In this document: positions 1 to 13,194 of the stretch, piece after piece
How the letters are laid out: every line of letters starts with the position of its first letter
Numbering within the stretch: position 1 is the stretch's first letter
Assembly (NCBI GenBank): GCA_002269645.1
Contig: NIVC01000726.1
Location: 32,400 to 96,399, forward strand
Length of the DNA: 64,000 nt
From: Macrostomum lignano
Lineage: Eukaryota
Direction of reading: 5' to 3'
Made by a program: the position numbers and the translations under genes
Notes under the pieces: generated by a model
The model's database searches: none
What the model saw: only the letters and a program-made list of their open reading frames with translations
What the model was told of the DNA's origin: nothing

Positions 1-527
1 AGTATCTAATCCCACCCATTACAGAACCGGAAGTATCTAATCCCACCCATTACAGAACCGGAAGTATTCTAATCCCACCATTACAGAACCGGAAGTATCT
101 AATCCCACCCATTACAGAACCGGAAGTATCTAATCCACCCATTACAGAACCGGAAGTATCTAATCCCACCCATTACAGAACCGGAAGTATCTAATCCCAC
201 CCATTACAGAACCGGAAGTATCTAATCCCACCTTCAGAAACCGGAAGTATCTAATCCCCACCCATTACAGAACCGGAAGTATCTAATCCCACCTTAAGAA
301 TAACCGGAATATCTAATCCACCCATTAAGAACCGGAAGTATTAACCCGCCCTAAATAACGCGAAGCATCTAGTCCCAGCCTAAGAGTAACCGGAAGTATC
401 TAATCCCACCCTAAGAATGAACCGGAAGCATCTAATCCCAGCCTAAGAGTAACCGGAAGTAACTAATCCCACCCACCTCTAAGAATAACCGGAAGTATTA
501 ATCCCACCATAAGAGTAACCGGAAGTA
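1..527. repeat. About 31-bp minisatellite ACCGGAAGTATCTAATCCCACCCATTACAGA
   Basis: Direct tandem copies. Confidence 0.95.
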
Positions 528-540
528 CGGCCGCACTTAC

Positions 541-920
541 GACAACTCGTAGTGGGTAAAATGCTTCAAATTTGTAACCGTGTACTCAGTGCCTCTAACA
601 GTAACGTATCCATCAGTCCAACGCTTATTATCGTTAGCTGAATCAATTGCTTAGTAATACGCTTGGGGCATCGCTCATTGTCGCAGTCTGGCTTCGGCTA
701 CAGTCGGAGGCGCAGTTGTAGTTTGCATTGGTGTAGTCGATCTAGAATACTGGTAGTAGTAGTTGCTGTAGTAGTGGTAGTGGCAGTAGTAGTTCGCTCT
801 TATCGCTAGTACTGCGTGTAGAAGTCCGCGAGCCAGTGATCTCGAGCTGCTTTCGTTTCCGTGTTCGGCGCGCAGTTTCAACTTGTGCAATCCTTCCACT
901 TCAATTATGCGCATTCCGGC
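541..920 (-). CDS. InR: InR exon 8: multibasic cleavage site, Thr-rich linker, FnIII-2b (frameshifted as assembled)
   Basis: TAAACAG acceptor in the correct phase 2. RRTRKRK and a Thr-run lie in shifted frames; the exon ends [24 protein letters not shown] at a GTAAGT donor. Confidence 0.75.
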
Positions 921-3900
921 CTGTTTAGGAATTGTTAGCATAAATTATGCTAATTACAAAAACTAAGTAGGATCTTGCTTACTTTGTTACTAAAAATAGA
1001 CAGGCGGCGTGCAAAATGTTCATTATTGTTATTTTAAAATGATAGGCGACTTTCACACACATCAAAGGCAATCTCAAACAGCATCAAAGGCGATTCTCAA
1101 ATGCGTCAAAGGCGATTCTCAAATTCGTCAAAGGCGATCTCAAACGTCAAAGGCGATTCTCAAAACGTCAAGGCATCTCAAATACGGTCAAGTGATTTCA
1201 CACACATCAAAGGCGATTCTCAAACACATCAAAGACGATTCTAAACACATCAAAGGCGATTTTCACACACATCAAAGGCGATTCTTAAACACATCAAAGG
1301 CGATTTTTAAGCACCCAAAGGCGATTCTCACACATCAAAGGCGATTCTCAACACACATCAAAGGTGATTCTCACACACATCAAAGGCGATCTCAACACAT
1401 CAAAGACGATTTTCACACACATCAAAGGCGATTCTTAAACACATCAAAGGCGATTCTTAAACACATCAAAGGCGATTTTCACACACATCAAAGGCGATTC
1501 TTAAACACATCAAAGGGCGATTTTTAAGCACACCAAAGGCGATTCTCACACATCAAAGACGATTTTCACACACATCAAAGGCGATTCTTAAACACATCAA
1601 AGGCGATTTTCACACACATCAAAGGCGATTCTTAAACACATCAAGGCGATTTTTAAGCACACCAAAGGCGATTCTCACACATCAAAGACGATTTTCACAC
1701 ACATCAAAGGCGATTCTTAAACACATCAAAGGCGATTCTTAAACACATCAAAGACGATTTTCACACACATCAAAGGCGATTCTTAAACACATCAAAGGCG
1801 ATTTTTAAGCACACCAAAGGCGATTCTCACACATCAAAGGTGATTCTCACACACATCAAAGGCGATTCTCACACACATCAAAGGTGATTCTCACACACAT
1901 CAAAGGCGATTCTCAAACACATCAAAGACGATTTTCACACACATCAAAGGCGATTCTTAAACACATCAAAGGCGATTCTTAAACACATCAAAGGCGATTT
2001 TCACACACATCAAAGGCGATTTTTAAGCACACCAAAGGCGATTCTCACACATCAAAGGCGATTCTCACACACACCAAAGGCGATTCTAACACATCAAAGG
2101 CGATTCTCAGAAACATCAAAGGCGATTTTCAAACACGTCAAAAGCGATTCTCAAACAGCATCAAAGCCGATTCTGACACGTCAAAAGCGATTCTCAAACA
2201 GCATCAAAGCCGATTCTGACACGTTAAAGGCGATTCTCAAACAGCATCAAAGCCGATTCTGACACGTCAAAGGCGATTCTCAAACACATCAAAGGCGATT
2301 CTCAGGCACTTCAGAAGCAATTTTTACCAAAAATATTTAAAAGATTTTTAGTATCTAAATTTAAAAGATTGACATTGAAAGTGTTACAGCTATTGGCAAT
2401 AAAATAGTTATAAAACCCTCTTAATACAATATTACAATAATAGTAATTCAGGTCAGTTAATACTGAACTCGAAGCAATAGCTAAAACTATACATTTTCAA
2501 TGCTAGAAATTGAGCACTTTATTGCAGTAAAAACAGCTTTTACTCATTAAATAATAACTGTCGACAACTGGCAGCATCAAGGCCAACATGGTGGACACAG
2601 AAATCTTGCCAAAAATCGTCCGGTACGGGTGGTTGCCACGGCGACTGGCTACTCAAATCGTGGTAAAAAATACTTGTTGATAGCAATAGCAAATTTATAT
2701 ATAAATAAGGCGAACTTCTCGGTAATACACAATCAAATTTTAAGCAAATCTCTTCTCATTGTGTTAAAGATCCCAAAAGATTCGTCCAGCTTCAAGAATC
2801 GGGAAGTATCAAATCCCACACTACACGGAACCGGAAGTATCACCATCCTATCGAGAAAAACTGACATCCATTCTGCTGGAAGTTACCTGAATCCCACCTC
2901 ATAGACAACCGGAAGTATCTAATCTCACCTAGACAACCGGAAGTATCTAATCTCACCTTAGAGACAACCGGAAGTATCTAATCTCACCTTATAGACAACC
3001 GGAAGTTATCTAATCTCACCTTATAGACAACCAGAAGTATATAATCCCACCTTATAGACAACAGGAAGTATCCAATCTCACCTTATAGAGAACCGAAAGT
3101 ATCTAATCCCAACTTACAGACAACCGGAAGTATCTAATCCCATCCTACTGTATACAGAACAGGCACGGGAACTATTCATAAAGTATGAATAAAGATAGCT
3201 CCCAAAGGAATCGTTGAGAAGTTTGAGAGGTATGTGAGAAGTTTTGCGATTTCTCACATAGCAACTCTGACTGAATTAAAATCTGACACTAATACAATTC
3301 AATGCTTCTAAAGCACAGGTAGCAAGGCAGTTTGTCAGTGCCGGAGAAGACGACCTGAGAAAAACACACACACACAATAATATAACTTGCCGAACAGTGG
3401 AAGTACTTGCGAACGGCACGGGCAAAATGCGGTGTTTACCGCGCCGCGGAAAACAAGAGACGAGAACAGGACTCAACCGAGCTAGCTATAAATAGAGCAA
3501 TAAAAAACTAACTACTTAGCGACATTACTCTATTAACTGCAATTTATTCTATTAACTGGATTTTGTGAGAGGCTATGGGCCCACAACAAACACTCAAGGA
3601 CTATTCACTTACACTAAGTGGATTATTAAGCTTTAAGAACTCTTGTAATACTTTGGACTGCCGCCAGCCTTTTAGCTGATCCTTCAGTGCCCACTGCTAC
3701 TGCCTCTCTCCGATCCTTCAGTGCCCGCTGCTGCTGCCTCTCTTCGATCCTTCAGTGCCCGCTGCTGCCTCTCTTCGATCCTTCAGTGCCCGCTGCTGCT
3801 GCCTCTCTTCGATCCTTCAGTGCCCGCTGCTGCCTCTCTCCGATCCTTCAGTGCCCGCTGCTGCCTCTCTCCGATCCTTCAGTGCCCGCTGCTGCCTCTC

Positions 3901-6900
3901 TCCGATCCTTCAGTGCCCACTGCTACTGCCTCTCTCCGATCCTTCAGTGCCCGCTGCTGCCTCTCTCCGATCCTTCAGTGCCCGCTGCTGCCTCTCTTCG
4001 ATCCTTCAGTGCCCGCTGCTGCCTCTCTTCGATCCTTCAGTGCCCGCTGCTGCTGCCTCTCTCCGATCCTGCAGTGCCCGCTGCTGCCTCTCTCCGATCC
4101 TTCAGTGCCCACTGCTACTGCCTCTCTTCGATCCTTCAGTGCCCGCTGCTGCTGCCTCTCTCCGATCCTGCAGTGCCCGCTGCTGCCTCTCTCCGATCCT
4201 TCAGTGCCCGCTGCTGCTGCCTCTCTCCGATCCTTCAGTGCCCGCTGCTGCCTCTCTTCGATCCTTCAGTGCCCGCTGCTGCTGCCTCTCTCCGATCCTG
4301 CAGTGCCCGCTGCTGCCTCTCTCCGATCCTTCAGTGCCCACTGCTACTGCCTCTCTTCGATCCTTCAGTGCCGCTGCTGCTGCCTCTCTTCGATCCTTCA
4401 GTGCCCGCTGCTGCCTCTCTCCGATCCTTCAGTGCCCGCTGCTGCCTCTCTCCGATCCTTCAGTGCCCGCTGCTGCCTCTCTCCGATCCTTCAGTGCCCA
4501 CTGCTACTGCCTCTCTCCGATCCTTCAGTGCCCGCTGCTGCCTCTCTCCGATCCTTCAGTGCCCGCTGCTGCCTCTCTTCGATCCTTCAGTGCCCGCTGC
4601 TGCCTCTCTTCGATCCTTCAGTGCCCGCTGCTGCTGCCTCTCTCCGATCCTGCAGTGCCCGCTGCTGCCTCTCTCCGATCCTTCAGTGCCCGCTGCTGCT
4701 GCCTCTCTCCGATCCTTCAGTGCCCGCTGCTGCCTCTCTTCGATCCTTCAGTGCCCGCTGCTGCTGCCTCTCTCCGATCCTGCAGTGCCCGCTGCTGCCT
4801 CTCTCCGATCCTTCAGTGCCCACTGCTACTGCCTCTCTTCGATCCTTCAGTGCCCGCTGCTGCTGCCTCTCTTCGATCCTTCAGTGCCCGCTGCTGCCTC
4901 TCTCCGATCCTTCAGTGCCCGCTGCTGCCTCTCTCCGATCCTTCAGTGCCCGCTGCTGCCTCTCTCCGATCCTTCAGTGCCCACTGCTACTGCCTCTCTC
5001 CGATCCTTCAGTGCCCGCTGCTGCCTCTCTCCGATCCTTCAGTGCCCGCTGCTGCCTCTCTTCGATCCTTCAGTGCCCGCTGCTGCCTCTCTTCGATCCT
5101 TCAGTGCCCGCTGCTGCTGCCTCTCTCCGATCCTGCAGTGCCCGCTGCTGCCTCTCTCGATCCTTCAGTGCCCACTGCTACTGCCTCTCTTCGATCCTTC
5201 AGTGCCCGCTGCTGCTGCCTCTCTCCGATCCTGCAGTGCCCGCTGCTGCCTCTCTCCGATCCTTCAGTGCCCGCTGCTGCTGCCTCTCTCCGATCCTTCA
5301 GTGCCCGCTGCTGCCTCTCTTCGATCCTTCAGTGCCCGCTGCTGCTGCCTCTCTCCGATCCTGCAGTGCCCGCTGCTGCCTCTCTCCGATCCTTCAGTGC
5401 CCACTGCTACTGCCTCTCTTCGATCCTTCAGTGCCCACTGCTACTGCCTCTCTTCGATCCTTCAGTGCCCGCTGCTGCTGCCTCTCTCCGATCCTGCAGT
5501 GCCCGCTGCTGCCTCTCTCCGATCCTTCAGTGCCCACTGCTACTGCCTCTCTTCGATCCTTCAGTGCCCGCTGCTGCTGCCTCTCTCCGATCCTGCAGTG
5601 CCCGCTGCTGCCTCTCTCCGATCCTTCAGTGCCCACTGCTACTGCCTCTCTCCGATCCTGCAGTGCCCGCTGCTGCCTCTCTCCGATCCTTCAGTGCCCA
5701 CTGCTACTGCCTCTCTTCGATCCTTCAGTGCCCGCTGCTGCTGCCTCTCTCCGATCCTGCAGTGCCCGCTGCTGCCTCTCTCCGATCCTTCAGTGCCCAC
5801 TGCTGCCTCTCTCCGATCCTTCAGTGCCCGCTGCTACTGCCTCTCTCCGATCCTGCAGTGCCCGCTGCTGCCTCTCTCCGATCCTTCAGTGCCCACTGCT
5901 GCTGCCTCTCTCCGATCCTGCAGTGCCCGCTGCTGCCTCTCTCCGATCCTTCAGTGCCCACTGCTGCCTCTCTCCGATCCTGCAGTGCCCGCTGCTGCCT
6001 CTCTCCGATCCTTCAGTGCCCACTGCTGCCTCTCTCCGATCCTTCAGTGCCCGCCACCACTACCCTTGTTAAGATGAGAAACACACTGAAACCTAAAAAA
6101 CAGCCACACAGAAAGACAAAAAATGAAACTGACAATGAAAAAACGATTCCACAAAAACGATATACGCCAATCACTTTGTACGGCGCCCTTATTGAGGCAG
6201 ACAGACAGGCAAAACTCTCTCCAGAGTCAGCCTAACGATATGAAAAAAATTGTGGAAAAACAGACATCAGCAGCAGTAGGACGCGGGAGCACTGAAATAA
6301 AACAAATTGATTGGACAAAGCTGCATTTTTTCTCGTCCTAGGGAGGCAAAGGGCCGGCCTTGATACTAGCTGATATGGCTGAGTTCAAGTGGCAACTCAG
6401 TTTTGCAGACGAAGCCTTGCGCGATGCGATGAAGTGCCGCAGTGTAAGAAGTGTCAATCATTGACTGGATTGAAAAGTTTTATTAACACATATTTTGTTT
6501 ATATAAATATGAAAAAAATTCATACTGGCAGTGGGATACAAAGGATCTGAGAGGTTTGAGAGTCTGAAAGTCTCAGTGTTGCAGTGTCTTACGAGTCTGA
6601 GAGTCTTAGAGTCCGAGAGGTCTGGGTCTGAGAGTCTTAGAGAGTCTGAGAGTCTTAGAGTCCGAGAGTCTGGTCTGAGAGGTCTGGGTCTGAGAGTCTT
6701 AGAGAGTCTGAAAGTCTTAGAGAGTCTGAGAACCTTAGAGAGTCTGAGAGACTTAGAGAGTCTGAGAACCTTACAGAGTCTGAGAACCTTACAGAGTCTG
6801 AGAACCTTACAGAGTCTGAGAACCTTACAGAGTCTGAGAACATTACAGAGTCTGAGAACCTTACAGAGTCTGAGAGTCTTAGAGAGTCTGAGAGTCTTAG

Positions 6901-9900
6901 AGAGTCTGAGAGTCTTAGAGAGTCTGAGAGTCTTAGAGAGTCTGAGAGTCTTAGAGAGTCTGAGAACCTTAGAGAGTCTGAGAACCTTAGAGAGTCTGAG
7001 AACCTTAGAGAGTCTGAGAACCTTAGAGAGTCTTAGAGACTTAGAGTCTGAGAGTCTGAGAGATTTACCTTCGAGTGAAGAGGATCTTAAACAGATTGTC
7101 CTCAAAGTAGATGACGTCCTCCCGCTGGCGCAGGTCGGGCTGCACCCCGCAGGAGCAGTGCTTCTGACAGTCTACGGTGAAGTTTAATCGACGATTTGCA
7201 GACGTGTCAGCGACGACATCTGAGGAGGCAGTCGGTTGCTGCTGCTGCTGCTGCTGCTGCTGATGCACAGGCCGAATGCCGATATCCGAGCAATCGTCGC
7301 CATAGATGACATTCTCCTGATGGGACGGCATCTCCTTGAAGCGCAGCAGATAGTGCGTCACATTGCCGTTGGGTTTCAATGGCGGCTTCCAGGTCAGTCG
7401 CATCTCCGAGGGGCTGCGAAATTCGACTTTGAAATCGTGCGGAGGAGACGGCTGCGTTGGCATCGTGTCCACGTAGATGATGCGGCTCTTGCTGCCGTAG
7501 GCCTGCTGCTGCTCCACCACCAGCTGCGGCATCACGAACATGGCGTATCTGCTGGCCGGCTTCAGCAACTGCGGTGGCGCGGGTTGGGGTGGGTTGCAAC
7601 TCAATTAGGGGGGATGGGCTGCAACTCAATTAGGGGGGTGGGTTGCAAGTCAATTAGGGGGATGGGCTGCAACTCAATTAGGGGGGTGGGTTGCAAGTCA
7701 ATTAGGGGGGATGGGTTGCAACTCAATTAGGGGGTGGGTTGCAACTCAATAAGGGGATGGGTTGCAACTCAATTAGGGAGATGGGTTGCAACTCAATTAG
7801 GGAGATGGGTTGCAACTCAATTAGGGGGATGGGCTGCAACTCAATTAGGGGGGTGGGTTGCAAGTCAATTAGGGGGGATGGGTTGCAACTCAATTAGGGG
7901 GATGGGTTGCAAGTCAATTAGGGGGATGGGTTGCAACTCAATTAGGGGGTGGGTTGCAACTCAATAAGGGGATGGGTTGCAACTCAATTAGGGAGATGGG
8001 TTGCAACTCAATTAGGGAGATGGGTTGCAACTCAATAAGGGGATGGGTTGCAACTCAATTAGGGGATGGGTTGCAACTCAATAAGGGGATGGGTTGCAAC
8101 TCAATTAGGGAGATGGGTTGCAACTCAATTAGGGAGATGGGTTGCAACTCAATTAGGGGGATGGGTTACAACTCAATTAGGGAGATGGGTTGCAAATCAA
8201 TTAGGGGGGATGGGTTGCAACTCAATTAGGGGATGGGTTGCAACTCAATTAGGGGGGTGGGTTGCAACTCAATTAGGGGGGATGGGTTGCAACTCAATTA
8301 GGGGGATGGGTTGCAACTCAATTAGGGGGTGGGTTGCAACTCAATTAGGGGGATGAGTTGCAACTCAATTAGGGGGATGGGTTGCAACTCAATTAGGGGG
8401 GTGGGTTGCAACTCAATTAGGGGGTGGGTTGCAACTCAATTAGGGGGGTGGGTTGCAACTCAATTAGGGGGATGGGTTGCAACTCAATTAGGGGGGATGG
8501 GTTGCAACTCAATTAGGGGGATGGGTTGCAATTTAATTAGGGGGATGGGTTGCAACTCAATTAGGGGGATGGGTTGCAAGTCAATTAGGGGGATGAGTTG
8601 CAACTCAATTAGGGGGCTGGTTTGCAATAAAAATCATACACTATCAGCAATGATAGTAACACGTAATTCTAAGTGACTGTAATGAAAACTGTTTTGCTTA
8701 AAAAAGCTCCGCAGTATTATCTTATCGATGAGTATCATATACACGCAGTAGTTGTGCAGGAAGTTGGCGAGTTTCTCTTGGCAAGCAAACAGAGGAAGCA
8801 TGCCCAAAAACACGGATCTTAAGTCCCAGGTAGTTCATTTTTCTGTTCTTCTTAATCCTAAATAGCAGCTGGAGCCGCTAGCTAGACAATAATTAATATC
8901 CGGTGAAGTAAACAAGAAAGCGAATTATAGAAAAACACGCACTACTTATGCTGCTATGCTCGTAGTACTCAATATAATAGATGATTACAAGCGGAAGCCA
9001 TAACCGTGACTGATGTAGCAGAGGCTGGTGTGTATGAATAAAGTACAAAGAGTGGGCCGAAAACAAGTCGGCACACTGCTCTTCTCTCATCAGTTTGTAT
9101 GCGCCTACTTATTATAAGGTTATCCGAATAATAATATTAACTGGTTAAAAATAGAAACTTCCTATCTCGACCTAAGCTACAGAGAGACAGAGAGAGATAG
9201 GGAGTCACGTGATAAACCAGTCTCAAAATACGACAGCAAAGATTAGGTAGGAGGCAAATAAACGTGACGCAGTTTCAAAGCTCGGGCAATTGAGGATTCA
9301 AACAAGCAGGGCTAACCGACTCCTCTGAGCTGGCAAGCACGCAAGTCAAGTCATCAGTGTTCAATACTCGAATTTCAATCATTGCCATTCTGCTGCGAAA
9401 TTATTATGTTTCTGTTGGCAACGCTTCTTGCACGTTGGACGATGTGAATGGAATGAGAACCTTGTTTTGCAACTGATGATAGAAAAGCCTCCTGTGTATT
9501 TTTGTTCACCCCCCGCAGTGGTGTCAAAAATCGAAATTGAAGCATCAATAGGCAGCATAAACGTGTAGTTTGGTAGGGGTAAAAATATCAGTGTAAGTTG
9601 CTTGCATTATAACTCCAACTACATACACACAACTATCTTTGGCCAGCCAAGCTGTCAGAGTCTGATAAAATAGCTACCAACCACTTCCAGGACGATGTCA
9701 GGACTGGTGCGAATCTTTACATAGACACACCGAATTCAAAAGTTTTACCATAGACAGGTAATGTCTCGTATATCCATCTAACTCATCATGAGTAGTGTAA
9801 AGAGCTGAGATAAATATATCATGTGCTCGCCCATCATGCTGTTTTCTATAGTCAGTCATGCTGTTTTCTGTGCTGTCATGCTGTTTTCTATACTGTCATG

Positions 9901-12900
9901 CTGTTTTCTGTGCTGCCATGCTGTTTTCTATACTGTCATGCTGTTTTCTATACTGTCATGCTATTTTCTGTGCTGTCATGCTGTTTTCTATACTGTCATG
10001 CTGTTTTTCGTGCTGTCATGCTGTTTTCTATACTGTCATGCTGTTTTCTGTGCTGTCATGCTGTTTTCTATACTGTCATGCTGTTTTCTGTGCTGTCATG
10101 CTGTTTTCCGTGCTGTCATGCTGTTTTCTATACTGTCATGCTGTTTTCTGTGCTGCCATGCTGTTTTCTATACTGTCATGCTGTTTTCTGTACTTTTATG
10201 TTGTTTTCTGTGCTGTCATGCTGTTTTCTATACTGTCATGCTGTTTTCTGTGCTGTCATGCTGTTTTCTATACTGTCATGCTGTTTTCCGTGCTGTCATG
10301 CTGTTTTCTGTGCTGTCATGCTGTTTTCCGTGCTGTCATGCTGTTTTCTATACTGTCATGCTGTTTTCTATACTGTCATGCTATTTTCTGTGCTGTCATG
10401 CTGTTTTCTATATTGTCATGCTGTTTTCTATACTGTCATGCTATTTTCTGTGCTGTCATGCTGTTTTCTATACTGTCATGCTGTTTTTCGTGCTGTCATG
10501 CTGTTTTCTATACTGTCATGCTGTTTTCTGTGCTGTCATGCTGTTTTCTATACTGTCATGCTGTTTTCTGTGCTGTCATGCTGTTTTCTATACTGTCATG
10601 CTGTTTTCCGTGCTGTCATGCTGTTTTCTATACTGTCATGCTGTTTTCTGTGCTGTCATGCTGTTTTCTATACTGTCATGCTGTTTTCTGTGCTGTCATG
10701 CTGTTTTCTATACTGTCATGCTGTTTTCTGTGCTGTCATGCTGTTTTCTATACTGTCATGCTGTTTTCTGTGCTGTCATGCTGTTTTCTATACTGCCATT
10801 CTGTTTTCGATGCATGCTGTCATGCTGTTTTCTATATAAATAGAGATTTAGATAGAGCCACTAAAGAAAGCGAGGAAACTTTGATGCTTAAGTAATGGTG
10901 AAGTATCGTGACGCTTACTCGTAACTCGCTTACTAAAGTACTCGTAACTCGTAACAACTAATGATAGAGGAACAGTGACGCTATTGAGATGGAACTGTGA
11001 CCCCTAACTAACGGTTTGCAGCAATGCAGAAGCAGCAACATCATCAGTGTGGCACTCACAACAACCATAAATTGGCACTGTTTCGGTGGCAGCTTCTTCT
11101 TGCAGTCGCCAACGCACTGGGAACAATTATTGAGATGGCAGGACACGCGCAGTAGGTCATCGTCACCTTCAACTGTGCCATCGTGTTTTACTGGAATGCC
11201 GGAATATTCCACTAGTTGATTAGGCGAGCTATTGTCCGGCACGAACAGATTAGTGCAAGCTGTAAACATTGTTTGCCATTGGCGAATCTCGCAGGTTGAC
11301 GGGTCGGCGTATTGCACAGTCTCACCCTGGCGCACCTGTCGGTAATAGATTGAATATCCTAGCAGGGCTCGCTTGTCCTTCACCTGGAGCATCGGCCAAT
11401 GCAGCATGACGCTTCGGGACGTTACTAAACCGACCAATATGTCGAATGTTCGATTGATGCAAGACGCCAAATCGCCGTTAGTTCTTGGCGATAGATCTTC
11501 CGCAAAGTTGATGAAATCGGTTACATTGAGAGTGTGTTTAACGAATTCAGTTATTTTATGATTGCATAGCCGCCTGTTCATGTAGAATCGCACTTTGCCT
11601 TTGGCTACTAACAGACGCCGGCCGTTGGTGGCGTTCCATAGCGATTGTAGAAAGTCGTTGTGCTCGATGGCTAGAGAGGCCGGCTGGCTAGCTTGGTTGC
11701 TGAGGAATTATTAATTATAATTCGTGATGATAATGCCTTGCATTTTAGTCTGCGTTAATTATAAAACCCAATAGAAAACTCTAAACTAATTGATCATTTT
11801 GCATAGCATCACATGACTGGCACAATGGATGGTCACATGACTGGCACAATGGATGGTCACATGACTGGCACAATGGATGGTCACATGACTGGCACAATGG
11901 ATGGTCACATGACTGGCACAATGGATGGTCACATGACTGGCACAATGGATGGTCACATGACTGGCACAATGGATGGTCACATGACTGGCACAATGGATGG
12001 TCACATGACTGGCACAATGGATGGTCACATGACTGGCACAATGGATGGTCACATGACTGGCACAATGGATGGTCACATGACTGGCACAATGGATGGTCAC
12101 ATGACTGGCACAATGGATGGTCACATGACTGGCACAATGGATGGTCACATGACTGGCACAATGGATGGTCACATGACTGGCACAATGGATGGTCACATGA
12201 CTGGCACAATGGATGGTCACATGACTGGCACAATGTATGGTCACATGACAGACACAATAGACGGTCACATGACTGGCACAATGGATGGTCACATGACTGG
12301 CACAATGTATGGTCACATGACAGACACAATAGACGGTCACATGACTGGCACAATGGATGGTCACATGACAGACACAATAGACGGTCACATGACTGGCACA
12401 ATGGATGGTCACATGACAGACACAATAGACGGTCACATGACTGGCACAATAGATGATCACATGACTGGCACAGGTCACAGTGGGTGATCTGTGATGGCTC
12501 TCTCGCACCAGGTAGAACGAGCACTCACCGCTGCCCGGCAGAGCCGCTGTTTTTCCCGTGAATGACCCGCAAGTTGGACAGAAAGGACAGCGAAGTGAGG
12601 GCGGGCGAGTTGATAATCATGAGGCTCTCCTCGATTTCCGTCAGATCGCGAAAGCTCTCCAGTAGGCGTTTCTCCAGGTCAGCTGGAATGACAATTGGAA
12701 CCAGTCGAAATATGTTGAAGAAATTATCATGAAGCCCGTATTAGTTCAGGCTGATTCACCTTAAAAATTAATTGGTTTACCTGTCACCAAAGGGTACTGC
12801 AAGTACTCGTAAGTTAGCTTGCTATAGCGCAATTATACGATAGCGCTAGTAAATACTTTCGCCTGTCTGTACTTCTGTCTGTCTGTCTATGTCTGTCCGT

Positions 12901-12909
12901 CTGACTCAA

Positions 12910-12976
<67 letters not shown>

Positions 12977-12985
12977 GTGTTTGCC

Positions 12986-13030
<45 letters not shown>

Positions 13031-13035
13031 GTCTC

Positions 13036-13111
<76 letters not shown>

Positions 13112-13157
13112 ACTCAATGTCTGTCTGTCTGTCTGTCTGTCTATCCGTCTGACTCAA

Positions 13158-13194
<37 letters not shown>

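Noticed and set aside
678-810. Plus-strand Val-rich TM-like peptide
   Set aside because: It is the antisense reading of the InR Thr-rich linker.
675-941. Truncated, secreted decoy InR ending at a stop in this exon
   Set aside because: The FnIII-2b motif LKHFTHYE and a GTAAGT donor follow downstream, so the stops are better explained by frameshift errors; TM/kinase exons likely lie left of the window.
2540-2700. Coding-looking minus-strand stretch ([18 protein letters not shown]..)
   Set aside because: Short, no clear splice partners or homology; left unannotated.
3687-6235. Three 780-830 aa ORFs in all + frames
   Set aside because: They arise from a stop-free 31/34-bp minisatellite inside an InR intron; periodic peptide, no unique domain.
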